A stretch of 64,000 nt of DNA, taken from positions 7,185 through 71,184 of the forward strand of contig JAIIUG010000001.1 of assembly GCA_022739635.1 (NCBI GenBank), in the 5' to 3' direction. Under the pieces are notes generated by a model, which was given only the letters and a program-made list of their open reading frames with translations, was not told where the DNA came from and ran no database searches. The DNA comes from Collinsella sp. (GTDB lineage Bacteria; Actinomycetota; Coriobacteriia; Coriobacteriales; Coriobacteriaceae). This document shows positions 63,790 to 64,000 of the stretch, in pieces. The translations under genes and the position numbers were made by a program. Every line of letters begins with the position of its first letter. Positions within the stretch are counted from its first letter, which is position 1.

Positions 63790-64000
63790 GAGACTCCTTC
63801 TTGGCCCTCTCGGGCATCATCGCCCCATTCGCGGGGCCCGTCGCGCACTCTTTGCGCTTTAAACATTCATGCCTCTCGGCAAAACGTCCATTAGTTTATG
63901 GTGTCGCCATCCAATCTAGCTGCAGAATCTATGTGCACACATTAATGCGACATGTGCGACTCGCGGCGGGCGTACACCAGCGACACCGCGAACCCAGCCA

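Noticed and set aside
63942-64000. Possible 3' end of a minus-strand gene (...AGFAVSLVYARRESHMSH stop)
   Set aside because: Only 19 codons are visible. High third-position GC is suggestive, but that is not enough to call a feature.

Overview
A 64 kb high-GC chromosomal segment. Hand counts on 60-nt samples give about 60-65% GC in most genes. The gene content (Etf-linked FAD dehydrogenase, reverse rubrerythrin, Fe-ADH/ALDH, LAGC lipoproteins, PdxR-PdxST) suggests an anaerobic Gram-positive actinobacterium of the Coriobacteriia type; this is inference only. I support about 53 protein genes. No rRNA, tRNA, CRISPR array, transposase or integrase was seen. Core blocks: recJ-rel; cutC; a livJ(x2)HMGF branched-chain amino-acid ABC operon; hom; purL; azlCD; FAD-dehydrogenase plus etfBA; trmB; adh-aldh; rubrerythrin; pdxR/pdxST. 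Accessory or unusual content: (1) a TerB-N/TerB-C protein, a DUF2791-type ATPase and an Lhr-like helicase (37.2-42.8 kb). This matches the architecture of the Shango anti-phage system and is my best candidate for the system of interest. (2) A five-gene cluster of secreted and anchored proteins (33.1-36.3 kb) with WxL-like and sortase-signal-like features. (3) A compositionally mosaic low-GC surface-protein gene bracketed by two 94-bp palindromic direct repeats (6.9-9.0 kb). (4) A RecJ-RecQ fusion protein. (5) An unannotated 27-codon hydrophobic ORF with an occluded SD, resembling a type I toxin, next to a HIRAN / small-protein / metallophosphoesterase operon and a DUF2130 coiled-coil nuclease-like gene. 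(6) A MarR-like protein with an acidic N-terminal tail and a roughly 100-aa RGG repeat tail. (7) Several unrelated long perfect hairpin elements in intergenic regions. Many long ORFs in the track are antisense shadow ORFs typical of high-GC DNA, and I rejected them. All family assignments come from motif recognition by eye; no searches were run.
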